From NCBI GenBank assembly GCA_009694185.1, contig SHVR01000005.1:10468-74467 (forward strand): a DNA stretch of 64,000 nucleotides. Direction: 5' to 3'. Of the stretch, positions 9,341 through 20,250 are shown one piece after another. This DNA is from Alphaproteobacteria bacterium. GTDB taxonomy: Bacteria > Pseudomonadota > Alphaproteobacteria > SHVR01. The notes under the pieces were generated by a model. The model had not been told where the DNA came from. It saw only the letters and a list, made by a program, of their open reading frames with translations, and did not search any database. The number at the start of each line of letters is the position of its first letter. The first letter of the stretch is position 1. A program made the position numbers and the translations under genes.

Positions 9341-11621
9341 GCGTCTTTAATGGTTCGCCCAGGGTGACGTCCGTGGCCGCGCTCGTCTGTCGTCTCGAAC
9401 CGGTCGGAAAAACCAATGTCACCCGCGCGCCCCCAAACTCGCCATCCTCCAACAGCAACCGCCCACCATGGTCTTCCATGATCTTGGCGACAATGGCAAG
9501 CCCCAGGCCGGTACCCTTGGCGCGGGTCGTCACATAGGGCTCTGTCAATCGATCCCGGTTTTGTTGCGGCAAGCCGATCCCGGTATCGTCGGTGACGATC
9601 TTGATGGCACGGTCTTCGACCCAGAGCGCGAGGTTGATCTCGGACTCGCCCGCGGCAAGTCCCTTGCCGGCGGCGCCGTCTCGAACCCGGCGAGCCTCGA
9701 TCGCTTCGGCTGCGTTGGTCAAAAGATTGGTGAGTGCCTGCCCGACCTGCCGGGCGTCGCAGTCGAGCAGCACGGGCGCCGACGGCAGCCTCAGGCGATA
9801 GCGGATCGCGGCATGGGCATGGCGTTGCAAGACGACCGCCTGCTCGATCAGTTTGGCGAGATCGCATGGCCGCATGACCGGCGCCGGCATGCGGGCAAAA
9901 TCGGAAAACTCGTCGACCATCCGGCGCAGGTCCTCGACCTGGCGCACGATCGTATCGGTGCAAAGCGCGAATGTCTGCGGGTCGCTTTCGATCTCGGCGA
10001 GATAGCGGCGCTTAAGGCGCTCCGCCGACAGTTGGATCGGGGTCAACGGGTTCTTGATTTCATGCGCGATACGGCGCGCCACATCGCCCCATGCCGCCTT
10101 GCGCTGGGCGGACAGGAGTTCGGTAATATCGGTGAAGGTGACGACGCCGCCGCCATCGCCGCTGATATCGGGGGCCTCGCTCGCCGCCCGCACCAAGAGG
10201 GTGCGCGCCTGACTGTCGATGACGATCGGCACCTGGGATTCGACCAGCTCGCCGGGCCGGGTCAGGGCATCGGCCACGATATCGGCAAGTTCCGGAACCA
10301 CGTCACCCAGCGGTTGGCCGATACAGCGCTCTAGGTCGAGGCCAAGCAGGTCGGATGCCGTCCGATTGGGGAGATTGAGCCGGCCGTCCTGGTCGACACC
10401 GATAACGCCGGCCGCGACCCCCGACAGGACCGCCTCGGTGAAGCGTCGCCGTTCGTCGAGCTGGCGATTGGCGTCGATCAATTCGGCGCGTTGGGTGCCA
10501 AGCTGGTTGGTCATGCGATTGAACGCCCGGCTGAGGGTACCGAGCTCGTCCGCGTCGGAAGCGTCTTGCACCCTGACCGTGAGGTCGCCGGCCCGAACCC
10601 GTTCGGCCGCTTCGACCAGTTCGCTCACGGGGCGGGCCAGGCGCTGAGCGAGCGCCACGCCGACCCACACGGCCACCAACAGAAACAGCAGCGATATCAT
10701 GGCGAAAATCAAGCCGAATGTGACCTCGATATCGCCGCGCTGGCCCTCCAGTCGCTCATAGTCGCTGACCGCGTCCCGCACCCTGTCGAGGTGATTGAGG
10801 ACACGCCGCTCGACATAGCGTCCGACATAAAGGAAGAGATCGCCGATTTCATCGAGACGGACCAGGGCGCGAATACGGTCCTCGGTTTCATTCACCAGTA
10901 CCGCGACGCCGCCGCGCCGGGCTTCGTCCAGCGCCCAGTCCGGAACCGTCTCGAACTCGAGGCGGTAAGTAAGCCCCGAGCGCGCCACGATGTTACCGCC
11001 GGAATCGAAAATCACGGCTTCCGGCAGCCCGCGAAAGACCGTTTGCGTCTCGATAACCCGTTGCAGGCGCGCGGGATTGGCGAGCAGCGACGGACCCGAG
11101 CGATTGATGTCATTGGCCATGGCCAGCGTATCGCCGGCGATCACTTGCTGGTGCTCGCGCATATAGGCTTGCGCCACGGCGATGGATTCGGTGAGCGCGG
11201 TGCGCACCCGCTGACTGAACCAGCCCTGGAGGCCGAAATGGAAGAACAGCACGGAAAATACCGCCACCAGGATGGTGGGAACCGTGGCCACCACGCTGAA
11301 GAGGAACACCAATCGCACATGCAGCCTGGATCCCGCGAGCCGCCGGCGCCGGTCGACCCAGAGTTCGACAACCCGCCTTGCGATCACGGCGGCCAACAGC
11401 AGCAGGAAGACCAGATCGACATTGAGAAGAATCAGCACATTGGTCGGATTGCGCGGAATGAAGGGCGCGGCATCCGTCATGACGAGGTAGCTCACAAGCG
11501 CGCTCACAAGCGCGGCGGCGGCAAGACCCCAGGCCAACTTCTGGGCAAGGCCCACGCGGTTGACCCACCGGCGCACGCGGTGGGAGGGCAGGCTCGGCAC
11601 GGGTAGCGGCTCAATGGTCAT
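9324..11621 (-). CDS. ntrY: Sensor histidine kinase NtrY
   Basis: N-terminal TM helices, HAMP, PAS, AWGDVARRIAHEIKNPLTPIQL, GTGLGLAIV. Confidence 0.96.
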   Translation of the reverse strand: MTIEPLPVPSLPSHRVRRWVNRVGLAQKLAWGLAAAALVSALVSYLVMTDAAPFIPRNPTNVLILLNVDLVFLLLLAAVIARRVVELWVDRRRRLAGSRLHVRLVFLFSVVATVPTILVAVFSVLFFHFGLQGWFSQRVRTALTESIAVAQAYMREHQQVIAGDTLAMANDINRSGPSLLANPARLQRVIETQTVFRGLPEAVIFDSGGNIVARSGLTYRLEFETVPDWALDEARRGGVAVLVNETEDRIRALVRLDEIGDLFLYVGRYVERRVLNHLDRVRDAVSDYERLEGQRGDIEVTFGLIFAMISLLFLLVAVWVGVALAQRLARPVSELVEAAERVRAGDLTVRVQDASDADELGTLSRAFNRMTNQLGTQRAELIDANRQLDERRRFTEAVLSGVAAGVIGVDQDGRLNLPNRTASDLLGLDLERCIGQPLGDVVPELADIVADALTRPGELVESQVPIVIDSQARTLLVRAASEAPDISGDGGGVVTFTDITELLSAQRKAAWGDVARRIAHEIKNPLTPIQLSAERLKRRYLAEIESDPQTFALCTDTIVRQVEDLRRMVDEFSDFARMPAPVMRPCDLAKLIEQAVVLQRHAHAAIRYRLRLPSAPVLLDCDARQVGQALTNLLTNAAEAIEARRVRDGAAGKGLAAGESEINLALWVEDRAIKIVTDDTGIGLPQQNRDRLTEPYVTTRAKGTGLGLAIVAKIMEDHGGRLLLEDGEFGGARVTLVFPTGSRRQTSAATDVTLGEPLKTHAHGA

Positions 11622-11675
11622 GGTAAAAGCGGGTCCAACCGTCTGACATGTGCCCCCGCGGGCGGGATTGCATGT

Positions 11676-13127
11676 CTATCTTAGCCCCCGGACCACGGGG
11701 ATATCCAGTTCGCGGATTTTCTTCCTGAGCGTGTTGCGATTGATACCCAGCAATTCCGCCGCCTTGACTTGATTACCGCGCGTCAACGCCAGGGTGAGCG
11801 CGATCAACGGCCGCTCGACCTCGCGCACCACCCGGTCATGCAGGCCCGGTGCCGGCAGGCCATCGCCGTGGGCGGCAAAGTACCCGCGCAGATGGCGTTC
11901 GATCGACGATCCGAAGGACTCGTCCTCGGCAACGACCGTCGTTCCGCCCGTCTCGATCGGGTGCGCCTCGCTCAGTTCCGCCTCGACGATCTGGGCGTCG
12001 ATTTCTTCCTGGGCGTAGAGCGCCGCCAGGCGGCGGACCAGGTTCTCCAGTTCGCGCACATTGCCGGGCCAGCGGTGCCGCCTGAGACGCTCGATGGCGG
12101 CGCTGTCGAGACGCTTGGCCGGCAATCCCTCTTTGATGGCTTGCGCCAGAAAATGTTGCACCAGGGCGGGAATGTCCTCGCTGCGCTCGCGCAAGGGCGG
12201 CAGGCGCACGGGAACCACGTTCAGCCGGTAGAACAGGTCCTCGCGAAAGCGGCCCTGGCGGATCAGTTGGCGCAGATCATGGTGTGTTGCCGCGACGATG
12301 CGCACATCGGTGCGGATCGCGCCGCGGCCGCCGACGGACGTGTATTCGCCTTGTTGCAAGACCCGGAGAAGGCGGGTCTGGGCATCGGGTGGCATGTCGC
12401 CGATTTCGTCGAGGAACAGCGTGCCGCCCTCGGCCTGCTCGAAACGGCCGATGCCGCGATTGGTGGCACCGGTAAAGGCACCCTTTTCATGGCCAAACAG
12501 TTCGCTTTCAATCAGCTCGCGCGGGATGGCCGCCATGTTCACGGCAACGAACGGACCGTTGCGCCGTTTGCCATAGTCGTGCAGGGCGCGCGCGACCAGT
12601 TCCTTGCCAGTCCCCGACTCGCCGGCGATCATGACCGTGAGGTCGGTGCCCATCAGCCGCGCCAGAACCCGGTAGATGTCCTGCATGGCGGGCGAGCGGC
12701 CGATCAGCGGCAATTGTCCCCCGCCCTCCTCCGCCTCCAGCTCGGGCTGGCGCTCCTGGGGGTGCGGTTCGGTCAGCGCTCGCCGGACGACATTGACCAG
12801 CTCCTTCAGATCGAAGGGCTTGGGTAGATATTCGAAGGCGCCACGCTCGGTCGCCTTGACCGCCGTCATGAGCGTGCTGTGGGCGCTCATGACCACGACG
12901 CGCAGATCGGGCCGGAGCTTGCGAATGCGCGGGATCAGGTCGAGGCCGTTTTCGTCCGGCATGACCACGTCGGTGATCACCAGATCGCCCTGGCCGTCAC
13001 TGACCCAGCGCCAGAGAGTCGCGGCCGTGCCGGTGGTGCGTACTTCATAGCCGACGCGCGCCAGCGCCTGGGTCAGCACCGTCCGGATGCCCCGATCATC
13101 GTCGGCGATGAGGATCGTGGACGCCAT
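11676..13127 (-). CDS. ntrC: Nitrogen regulator NtrC (sigma54 activator)
   Basis: REC (TDVVMP), [34 protein letters not shown]. Confidence 0.97.
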   Translation of the reverse strand: MASTILIADDDRGIRTVLTQALARVGYEVRTTGTAATLWRWVSDGQGDLVITDVVMPDENGLDLIPRIRKLRPDLRVVVMSAHSTLMTAVKATERGAFEYLPKPFDLKELVNVVRRALTEPHPQERQPELEAEEGGGQLPLIGRSPAMQDIYRVLARLMGTDLTVMIAGESGTGKELVARALHDYGKRRNGPFVAVNMAAIPRELIESELFGHEKGAFTGATNRGIGRFEQAEGGTLFLDEIGDMPPDAQTRLLRVLQQGEYTSVGGRGAIRTDVRIVAATHHDLRQLIRQGRFREDLFYRLNVVPVRLPPLRERSEDIPALVQHFLAQAIKEGLPAKRLDSAAIERLRRHRWPGNVRELENLVRRLAALYAQEEIDAQIVEAELSEAHPIETGGTTVVAEDESFGSSIERHLRGYFAAHGDGLPAPGLHDRVVREVERPLIALTLALTRGNQVKAAELLGINRNTLRKKIRELDIPVVRGLR

Positions 13128-14281
13128 CAGATTGCCTCGCTGTTGGTGCTGACCGGCAGCATGACGCGAAAGACGGTTCGCTTGGGCTCGCTATCGAACT
13201 CGATGACCCCGCCGTGATCGCCGACGATCTTGGCGACCAGCGCCAGGCCGAGGCCATGGCCAGAGGGCTTGGTGGTGACGAACGGATCGAAGAGATGGCC
13301 GCGTAGATCCTCGGGGATACCGTGGCCGTTGTCCTGCACGCTCACCTGGAGCGGCAGTTGCACGCGGTGCGACGTGCCGGGGAGCGCCAGGCGCACGCCA
13401 TGGCGATAGGCCGTCGAAAGAACCACCTCGCCACCCGCTTCCGGCACCGCGTCGACGGCGTTGCGCACCAAATTGAGGAACACCTGGATGAGAAGGTCGC
13501 GGTTGCCGAAGACCGGGGGCAGCGACGGGTCGTAGGTCTCGACCAGCCGCACATGGCGAGCGAAGCTCGTCTGGGCGATCTTGCGCACCTGCTCCATGAC
13601 GCGATGGATATTGACGGGTCTGCGCTCCAAGGGCCGCTGGTCGGAAAACACCTCCATGCGGTCGACGAGCTGGCAGATGCGATCGGACTCATCGCAGATC
13701 AGGCGCGTCAATTCCCGGTCCGCCGGGTCGGCATTCTCCTCGATCAGTTGCGCGGCGCCACGAATACTGGCCAGCGGGTTCTTGACTTCGTGGGCGAGGA
13801 TCGCCGCCATCCCCATCACCGAGCGAGCGGCGTTGCGATGGGTCAATTGCTGGTCGATTTTTTGCGCGACCGAGAGCTCCTGGATCGCCAGCACAATGTC
13901 GCCCCTGCTCTGGCCGTCGTCGCCCGGCACCGGCGCCAGCTGTAGCGTCGTGGCGGGTGCCGCAAAGCGCGGGCCGTCCAGGCTCACGCCATATTCCGTC
14001 AAGCTATGCCCGCCATCGCGGACTTGGCGAATGAGGTCGAAGATCGGGTGATCCGGCGCGAGGATGCCGGTCAGAGGCTGCCCTTGGACTTGGCTGGCGC
14101 TGGCCTTGAACAAGTGCTCGGCCGCCGGGTTGATATAGCGGACAATGCCGGCCCCATCGAGCAGCACCACGGCATTGGCAAGCGCGCTCAACATGGCCGC
14201 ATAGGAAGGTATCTCATGATGACCGATGGCCGGGGTCGGAGCGGGCGGGGGTTCCGTCCGGTGCGCGCGGTGGGCGATCAT
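13127..14281 (-). CDS. ntrB: Sensor kinase NtrB
   Basis: PAS domain, [24 protein letters not shown]; directly upstream of ntrC. Exact start uncertain. Confidence 0.95.
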   Translation of the reverse strand: MIAHRAHRTEPPPAPTPAIGHHEIPSYAAMLSALANAVVLLDGAGIVRYINPAAEHLFKASASQVQGQPLTGILAPDHPIFDLIRQVRDGGHSLTEYGVSLDGPRFAAPATTLQLAPVPGDDGQSRGDIVLAIQELSVAQKIDQQLTHRNAARSVMGMAAILAHEVKNPLASIRGAAQLIEENADPADRELTRLICDESDRICQLVDRMEVFSDQRPLERRPVNIHRVMEQVRKIAQTSFARHVRLVETYDPSLPPVFGNRDLLIQVFLNLVRNAVDAVPEAGGEVVLSTAYRHGVRLALPGTSHRVQLPLQVSVQDNGHGIPEDLRGHLFDPFVTTKPSGHGLGLALVAKIVGDHGGVIEFDSEPKRTVFRVMLPVSTNSEAI

Positions 14282-14448
14282 GCCAAACTTCGATCGTTCG
14301 AGTAAATGCCCATAATTTAACCATGTTAATATATTGCCTATAAATTAAACTATCGCCCGTGGCGGGCGATCCCGCAAGCGAATTGCTGTTGCAGCGCAAT
14401 AGGCGCGGCCGCTATGAGAATCGGCGCGAAAGGGAGACGGCATCCGCC

Positions 14449-15648
14449 ATGACCAGCTCGCGAACGAACGATGGAGGGCCCGCCGTTATCGACTGTGTGG
14501 CACTCATCGTCGCCGCCGGGCGCGGTGAACGCGCGGGCGGCGGGTTGCCCAAGCAATACCGCGCCGTAGCGGGTGTCGCGGTATTGCGGCGCAGTATCGT
14601 GGCGTTTGCCGGCCATCCCGGCGTCGGAGCCGTTCGCTGTGTGATCCATGCGGGCGATAGGGCTCTTTATGAGGCGGCGGTTGAGGGTCTCGATCTTCTT
14701 GAACCGACCCCAGGGGGCGCCACCCGGCAGGAGTCGGTGCGTTTGGGTCTGGAGAGCCTGGCGTTACTCGCTCCACGCCTGGTGTTGATCCACGACGCCG
14801 CCAGGCCCTTTGTTTCGCCGGCTGTGATCGACGCGACGCTCGCCGCGTTGGGCGAGACTGAGGGCGCCATTCCGGGGCTCGCGGTGCATGATACGCTGAA
14901 GCGTGCGAAGGCGGGCCGCATCGAGGCAACCGTCGAACGCGCCGGCCTCTGGCGCGCTCAGACGCCGCAAGGGTTTCGCTATGGGGCCATTTTGGCGGCC
15001 CACCGGAGGGTGGCGGGCCGAGAGCATAGCGACGACGCGGCGGTGGCGGAAGCCGCCGGCATGGCGGTCCGGATCGTCGCCGGCAGCGAGGACAATGTGA
15101 AGCTCACCACGTCCGAGGATTTCAGCCGCGCCGAGCGCGCCTTGACGATCGGGACAGATCGGATCGCGGTCGGCTCGGGCTTCGACGTGCATGCCTTCGG
15201 ACCGGGCACTTCGGTCAGGCTCTGCGGCGTTACGATCCTGCACGACCAGGGCCTGGCCGGCCATTCCGACGCCGATGTCGGCCTCCATGCCTTGACCGAC
15301 GCCATCCTCGGCGCGCTCGGCGAGGGCGACATCGGCAGTCACTTCCCGCCAAGCGAGGCGCGGTGGAAGGGCGCGGACTCCGCCCTCTTTCTTCGCCACG
15401 CCGCCGATCTGGTGCGCGACCGGGGCGGCCGGATCGAGCATGTCGACGTGACGCTGATCTGCGAGCGGCCGAAGGTCGGCCCGCATCGCGGTGCCATGCG
15501 CCAACGCGTGGCCCGGATTCTGGACTTGGCCATCGCGGCGGTCGGCATCAAGGCGACCACGACCGAGGGCTTGGGTTTCACCGGCCGACGCGAGGGCATT
15601 GCCGCGCAAGCCGTCGCCACGCTCCGGCTGCCGCTGCTCGCCGGCTGA
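14449..15648 (+). CDS. ispDF: Bifunctional IspD/IspF
   Basis: [28 protein letters not shown], then [35 protein letters not shown]. Confidence 0.96.
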   Translation: MTSSRTNDGGPAVIDCVALIVAAGRGERAGGGLPKQYRAVAGVAVLRRSIVAFAGHPGVGAVRCVIHAGDRALYEAAVEGLDLLEPTPGGATRQESVRLGLESLALLAPRLVLIHDAARPFVSPAVIDATLAALGETEGAIPGLAVHDTLKRAKAGRIEATVERAGLWRAQTPQGFRYGAILAAHRRVAGREHSDDAAVAEAAGMAVRIVAGSEDNVKLTTSEDFSRAERALTIGTDRIAVGSGFDVHAFGPGTSVRLCGVTILHDQGLAGHSDADVGLHALTDAILGALGEGDIGSHFPPSEARWKGADSALFLRHAADLVRDRGGRIEHVDVTLICERPKVGPHRGAMRQRVARILDLAIAAVGIKATTTEGLGFTGRREGIAAQAVATLRLPLLAG

Positions 15649-16112
15649 TGGGCGGGCAAGCGCGCGCCGCCCGCCTGATCGCGACCGGCTTCGGCATCGG
15701 CAAGCTGCCCTGGGCACCCGGCACATGGGGCTCGCTAGCCGCTCTTCCCCTGGCTTGGGCGATCGCGGGGTCGCTCGGCCCGGGCACGCTGCTTTTGGCG
15801 GCGCTCGCACTCTCGGCGCTCGGCATCTGGGCGGTCGGGCGCCATGCGCTGGAGCTGGATCAGCAGGACCCCGGTTGCATCGTCGTCGACGAGGTGGCGG
15901 GCCAGTGGCTGGCGCTTGCCTTCGTGCCGCCGGACCTCTGGCTCTACTGCCTGGGCTTTCTGCTGTTTCGTCTCGCTGATATCGTGAAGCCGTGGCCGGC
16001 GAGTTGGATCGACCGGCAGATGACGGGCGGCGCCGGCATCATGGCCGACGATCTGGTGGCCGGACTCTATGCGGCGGCGGCGCTCGCCATGATCGGGGAG
16101 TGGCTCTTATGA
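15648..16112 (+). CDS. pgpA: Phosphatidylglycerophosphatase A
   Basis: APGTWGS, DPGCIVVDEVAGQW, FRLADIVKPWP, GIMADDLVAG. TGATG overlap. Confidence 0.93.
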   Translation: MGGQARAARLIATGFGIGKLPWAPGTWGSLAALPLAWAIAGSLGPGTLLLAALALSALGIWAVGRHALELDQQDPGCIVVDEVAGQWLALAFVPPDLWLYCLGFLLFRLADIVKPWPASWIDRQMTGGAGIMADDLVAGLYAAAALAMIGEWLL

Positions 16113-16612
16113 CGACGCTCTTTCCCAAGGCGATCCTCGACCTGGCGGCGGCGGTGCTCGACGATTATCGCCGCGCCGGCCGGCGGCTGACGACGGCCGA
16201 AAGCTGTACGGGTGGCCTTGTCGCCGGTGCCTTGACCGAGATCGCCGGTTCGTCCGACGTGGTCAGGCGCGGCTTCGTGACATATTCCAACGCGGCCAAG
16301 GTCGAAATCTTAGGTGTTCCCGAGGCGGTGCTGGAACGCCATGGCGCGGTCAGCGCCGAGACCGTGCTGGCCATGGCCGAAGGGGCACTCGTCCGGGCCG
16401 GTGATGACGCCCATGCGGCGCTCTCCGTCAGCGGCGTCGCGGGCCCCGGCGGCGGCTCGCCCGTAAAGCCGGTCGGCACCGTCTGGATAGCCGTCGCCAG
16501 CCGGGAGAAAAAGGCCGAAGCCCATCACTTCGTCTTTCCCGGCGACCGTGCCGCCATCCGCCTCGCCGCCGTCGAAGCGGCCCTCAGACTTCTCGGCGGC
16601 CGAGCGAGTTAG
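16109..16612 (+). CDS. cinA: CinA C-terminal domain protein (NMN deamidase, PncC-like)
   Basis: TAESCTGG, GFVTYSN, GAVS, GVAGPGGG, KPVG. Confidence 0.92.
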   Translation: MTTLFPKAILDLAAAVLDDYRRAGRRLTTAESCTGGLVAGALTEIAGSSDVVRRGFVTYSNAAKVEILGVPEAVLERHGAVSAETVLAMAEGALVRAGDDAHAALSVSGVAGPGGGSPVKPVGTVWIAVASREKKAEAHHFVFPGDRAAIRLAAVEAALRLLGGRAS

Positions 16613-17060
16613 CGGCGAGCGGCGCGCCGCCGGCACCGTAGAGCACACGGGCGCGCGCCTCGAAGGCACCCACCATGCGCCTGATCGCCTCGTGAAAGAC
16701 GACGCCGATCAGCGCCCTGAGAATGCGTGAGTGGAATTCGAAATCGACGAAGAAGTCGATGACGGCGCCGCCGGGTGCCGGCTCGAAGACCCAATGGTTC
16801 CGCAGATTGCGCAGCGGGCCATTGACATAGGTGACGTGGATCTTGTCCGGCCGCTCGAGCACTATGCGCGAGGTGAAGGTCTCGCGCACCAGCTTGAAGC
16901 CGATCATCAGGTCGGCGACCACCACATCGCCTTGCCGGCTGTCGATGCGGGCACCCACGCACCAGGGCAAGAACTCGGGATAGCGCTCGATGTCGGCGAC
17001 CATGTCGAAGAGCTGCTCCGGCGTAAATGCGACCTGGCGGCGCTCATGATGGGTCGGCAT
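16584..17060 (-). CDS. ratA: Coq10/RatA (SRPBCC/START) family protein
   Basis: VADIERYPEFLPWC, GPLRNLRNHW, FEARA. Downstream of lipA as is usual. Confidence 0.9.
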   Translation of the reverse strand: MPTHHERRQVAFTPEQLFDMVADIERYPEFLPWCVGARIDSRQGDVVVADLMIGFKLVRETFTSRIVLERPDKIHVTYVNGPLRNLRNHWVFEPAPGGAVIDFFVDFEFHSRILRALIGVVFHEAIRRMVGAFEARARVLYGAGGAPLAANSLGRREV

Positions 17061-17061
17061 G

Positions 17062-18027
17062 TCAGGGGCTTGTCGCCGCCGGCGTCGCGAGCCGTGCCTG
17101 GCGCGCCAGCGCCAAGCGCACGAAATCCGCGTCCGCATGGTAAGAGGAGCGCGTCAGCGGCGAGGCGGCGACCAGGAGAAAGCCCTTGCCGAGCGCCAGT
17201 TTGCCATAGGCCACGAACTCGTCGGGAGTGACGAACCGGTCGATGGCATGATGTTTCACCGTCGGCTGGAGATATTGGCCGATGGTCAGGAAATCGCAGT
17301 CGACGGCCCTGAGATCGTCCATTACCTGCATGACCTGTTGGCGCGTTTCGCCAAGACCGACCATCAGGCCGGACTTGGTGAAGATGGAGCCGTCCAGCTC
17401 CTTTACCCGGTCGAGGAGGCGGAGGCTCGCATAATAGCGGGCACCCGGCCGCACCTCGGGATACAGCCCCGGCACGGTCTCCAGATTGTGGTTGTAGACG
17501 TCGGGCCGGGCGGCGACGACAATTTCGATTGCCCCGTCCTTGCGCAGGAAATCCGGGGTCAGCACCTCGATCGTCGTGCCGGGCGCGCGGGCGCGAATGG
17601 CCCGGATCACCGCCGCGAAGTGCCCTGCCCCGCCATCTTCCAGATCGTCCCGGTCGACCGAGGTCACGACCACATGGGCGAGGCCGAGCTGCGCGACCGC
17701 GTTGGCGACATTATCCGGCTCATGCGGGTCGAGAAGGTCGGGCCGGCCGGTCGCCACATTGCAGAAGGTGCAGGCGCGGGTGCAGACCGACCCCAGAATC
17801 ATCATGGTGGCGTGGCGCTTGGCCCAGCACTCGCCGATATTGGGGCACGCCGCCTCCTCGCAAACCGTGCGCAGATTGTTGTCGCGCACAATCTTCCGCG
17901 TCGCCTGGTAACCTGGCGAGGTCGGCGCCTTGACGCGAATCCAGGCAGGCTTGCGCTGAATCGGGCTATCCGGGCGATGCGCCTTCTCGGGATGGCGCGG
18001 GCGCGGCGAATCGGGCGAATTGGTCAT
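17062..18027 (-). CDS. lipA: Lipoyl synthase
   Basis: [26 protein letters not shown]. Confidence 0.98.
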   Translation of the reverse strand: MTNSPDSPRPRHPEKAHRPDSPIQRKPAWIRVKAPTSPGYQATRKIVRDNNLRTVCEEAACPNIGECWAKRHATMMILGSVCTRACTFCNVATGRPDLLDPHEPDNVANAVAQLGLAHVVVTSVDRDDLEDGGAGHFAAVIRAIRARAPGTTIEVLTPDFLRKDGAIEIVVAARPDVYNHNLETVPGLYPEVRPGARYYASLRLLDRVKELDGSIFTKSGLMVGLGETRQQVMQVMDDLRAVDCDFLTIGQYLQPTVKHHAIDRFVTPDEFVAYGKLALGKGFLLVAASPLTRSSYHADADFVRLALARQARLATPAATSP

Positions 18028-18429
18028 CTAACCTTGCTTCATGCCCGGTGGCAGCACCGTCGTTTCATCGACGATGGCGAGGGCGAGCTGTTCGGGGGTC
18101 AGGCCGCGGACGTTGGCGAGGTTGGCGCCTTTTAGGTCCGTATTCATCAGAACCGCATCGGTAAGATCGGCCCCCTCCAGATTCGCTCCGGTCAAATTGG
18201 CGCGCGTCAGATTGGCGCCGCGCAAATTCGCACCCATCAACAATGCGAGCGCCACGTCGGCGTCGATCAGGTTCGCCCTTCCTAAGTTCGCTTCCGTGAG
18301 ATTCGTCTTCCGGAAATCCGCCTTCTCAAGCCAGGTACGGCTCAGGTCCGTGCCGGGAATAATGGCCCCCGAAAGATCGACCCGGAACCCAGCTGCTTTC
18401 AGTGCCGCCCTATCCGCCGCTGTCATCAC
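18028..18429 (-). CDS. Pentapeptide-repeat protein (C-terminal half of a split locus)
   Basis: Tandem A(N/D)Lxx repeats and a GLTPEQL...DETTVLP cap. GGAGG precedes GTG/ATG. Confidence 0.8.
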   Translation of the reverse strand: MMTAADRAALKAAGFRVDLSGAIIPGTDLSRTWLEKADFRKTNLTEANLGRANLIDADVALALLMGANLRGANLTRANLTGANLEGADLTDAVLMNTDLKGANLANVRGLTPEQLALAIVDETTVLPPGMKQG

Positions 18430-18493
18430 CGTCCTCCGAGACCTTCGACCTCAGAAACCTCATAATAGCCCGTACATCGAGTGCCGATCGATT

Positions 18494-18829
18494 CTACGTC
18501 GCCCGCCCGCGGATATATGCCGTGAGCAGTTCGAGGACGGACAGCGTGAAATCGGGAAAGTCATCCGCGATGCGGCGCAACATGTAAATGCCACCCAGTC
18601 TGACCTCGAGCCGTTCCGCACCCAGTTGCGAAACGGCCTTTCCGAACAACTCGGTAACATGCGTGCGGCGGGAAATCGCCGCCTGGTCCGCCGCCGCTTT
18701 CGACTGGCGGCTCGCGGCCAAACCCCGCCAAGCCGCCAAGCCAAGTCCCAATGCACCCGCCACGACGATGGCGAAGTTGCGGACCACCTCGCTGAGTTCC
18801 AGCCAATCGTCCATACGAGCGACCGTCAT
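18494..18829 (-). pseudogene. Membrane-anchored N-terminal half of a pentapeptide-repeat protein, ending at an apparently premature TAG
   Basis: One TM helix followed by VTELFGKAVSQLG...EVRLGGIYMLRRIA...LELLTAYIR. Family-like sequence (LDVRAIMRFL) continues past the TAG at 18494-18496. Confidence 0.55.
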
Positions 18830-18832
18830 CGC

Positions 18833-20233
18833 TTAGATGTGGAGTGCGCGGCCATAAGCGTCAAGCACCGACTCGTGCATCATCTCCGAGAGGGTGGGAT
18901 GGGGGAATACGGTCTGCATCAACTCGGCCTCGGTGGCTTCGAGGGCGCGGGCGATGCCGAAGCCCTGAATGAGCTCGGTGACCTCGGCGCCGATCATGTG
19001 GGCGCCCAGGAGTTCGCCGGTCTTGGCATCGAAGACGGTCTTGACCAGGCCCTCCGGCTCGCCGAGCGCCACCGCCTTGCCATTGCCGATAAAGGGGAAC
19101 TTGCCGACCCTGACTTCCCGCCCGCCGGCCCTCGCCGCCTGTTCGGTCAGGCCGACGCTCGCCACTTGCGGGCGGCAATAGGTGCAGCCTGGTACCTTGG
19201 TCACATCGAGCGGATGCAGCCCCTCGATGCCGGCGATACGCTCGGCCACCAGGACGCCCTCGTGGTTGGCCTTGTGGGCGAGCCAGGGCGGCCCCACCAG
19301 GTCGCCAATGGCGGAGATTCCGGCGACCCCCGTCTCCAGCCATTGATTGACCACCACATGACCCTTCTCGACCTTGACGCCCGCTCCCTCAAGGCCGATG
19401 TCCTCGACATTGCCGGTGATGCCGACCGCCAGGATCACCCGCTCGACCGCGATCTCCTGGGTCTTGCCGCCGCCGGCCACGGTGGCCGTCACTTGCCCAC
19501 CACCCTTCTTCAGGCCGCTGACCGTGGCACTGGTCAGGATGCGCATGCCCTGCTTCTCGAACGCCTTTCGGGCGAGTGCCGAAATATCATGGTCCTCGAC
19601 GGGCAAGACCCGGTCGAGCACTTCGACCACCGTCACCTCGGCGCCCATGTCGCGATAGAAGCTCGCAAATTCGATGCCGATGGCACCCGATCCCACCACC
19701 AAAAGCGACTTTGGCATAGTCTCTGGAACCATCGCCTCCCGGTAAGTCCAAACCAACTTGCCGTCGGGCTCAAGGCCCGGCAGCGTGCGTGCCCGGGCGC
19801 CGGTCGCAAGCACGATATGCTTGGCCATTACCTCGCCCACCGCTTTCCCGTCCTTGGCAACGGCGAGCGTGCCAGGACCCGCGAGCCTGCCGGTGCCGTC
19901 CAGGACGGTGACCTTGTGCTTGCGCATTAGATGCCCGACGCCGCCCGTGAGCTGCTTCGAGACGGCGCGCGAACGGGCAATCACCTTCTTCAGATCGAAC
20001 TTGATGTCTTTGGCACTGAAGCCGAAGGCGTCGAGATTGTGCAGAATATGGTGGATCTCGCTCGCCCTGAGCAGCGCCTTGGTCGGGATGCAGCCCCAGT
20101 TGACGCAGATGCCGCCTAACTGCTCGCGCTCGACCAGCGCCACCTTCATGCCGAGTTGGCTCAGGCGGATTGCAGCCACATAACCGCCGGGCCCGCCGCC
20201 GAGCACCGCCACATCGTAACCGGCGTCGGCCAT
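18833..20233 (-). CDS. lpdA: Dihydrolipoamide dehydrogenase (E3)
   Basis: GGGPGGYVAA, GGICVNWGCIPTK, GSGAIGIE, HPTLSE. GAGGAG RBS before ATG 20233. Confidence 0.97.
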   Translation of the reverse strand: MADAGYDVAVLGGGPGGYVAAIRLSQLGMKVALVEREQLGGICVNWGCIPTKALLRASEIHHILHNLDAFGFSAKDIKFDLKKVIARSRAVSKQLTGGVGHLMRKHKVTVLDGTGRLAGPGTLAVAKDGKAVGEVMAKHIVLATGARARTLPGLEPDGKLVWTYREAMVPETMPKSLLVVGSGAIGIEFASFYRDMGAEVTVVEVLDRVLPVEDHDISALARKAFEKQGMRILTSATVSGLKKGGGQVTATVAGGGKTQEIAVERVILAVGITGNVEDIGLEGAGVKVEKGHVVVNQWLETGVAGISAIGDLVGPPWLAHKANHEGVLVAERIAGIEGLHPLDVTKVPGCTYCRPQVASVGLTEQAARAGGREVRVGKFPFIGNGKAVALGEPEGLVKTVFDAKTGELLGAHMIGAEVTELIQGFGIARALEATEAELMQTVFPHPTLSEMMHESVLDAYGRALHI

Positions 20234-20250
20234 CGCTCTCTCCTCTAAGT

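Noticed and set aside
16584..17060. ratA as part of a toxin-antitoxin system
   Set aside because: This is the conserved Coq10-like gene next to lipA, with no partner gene.
18494..18496. Pyrrolysine decoding of the in-frame TAG
   Set aside because: No pyl genes in the window, and TAG is a normal stop in many neighbouring genes.
18041..19930. 629-aa plus-strand ORF and other long antisense or alternate-frame ORFs (e.g. 28889-30898, 41024-42856, 48729-50189)
   Set aside because: Shadow ORFs of well-supported genes in GC-rich DNA; no recognisable motifs.
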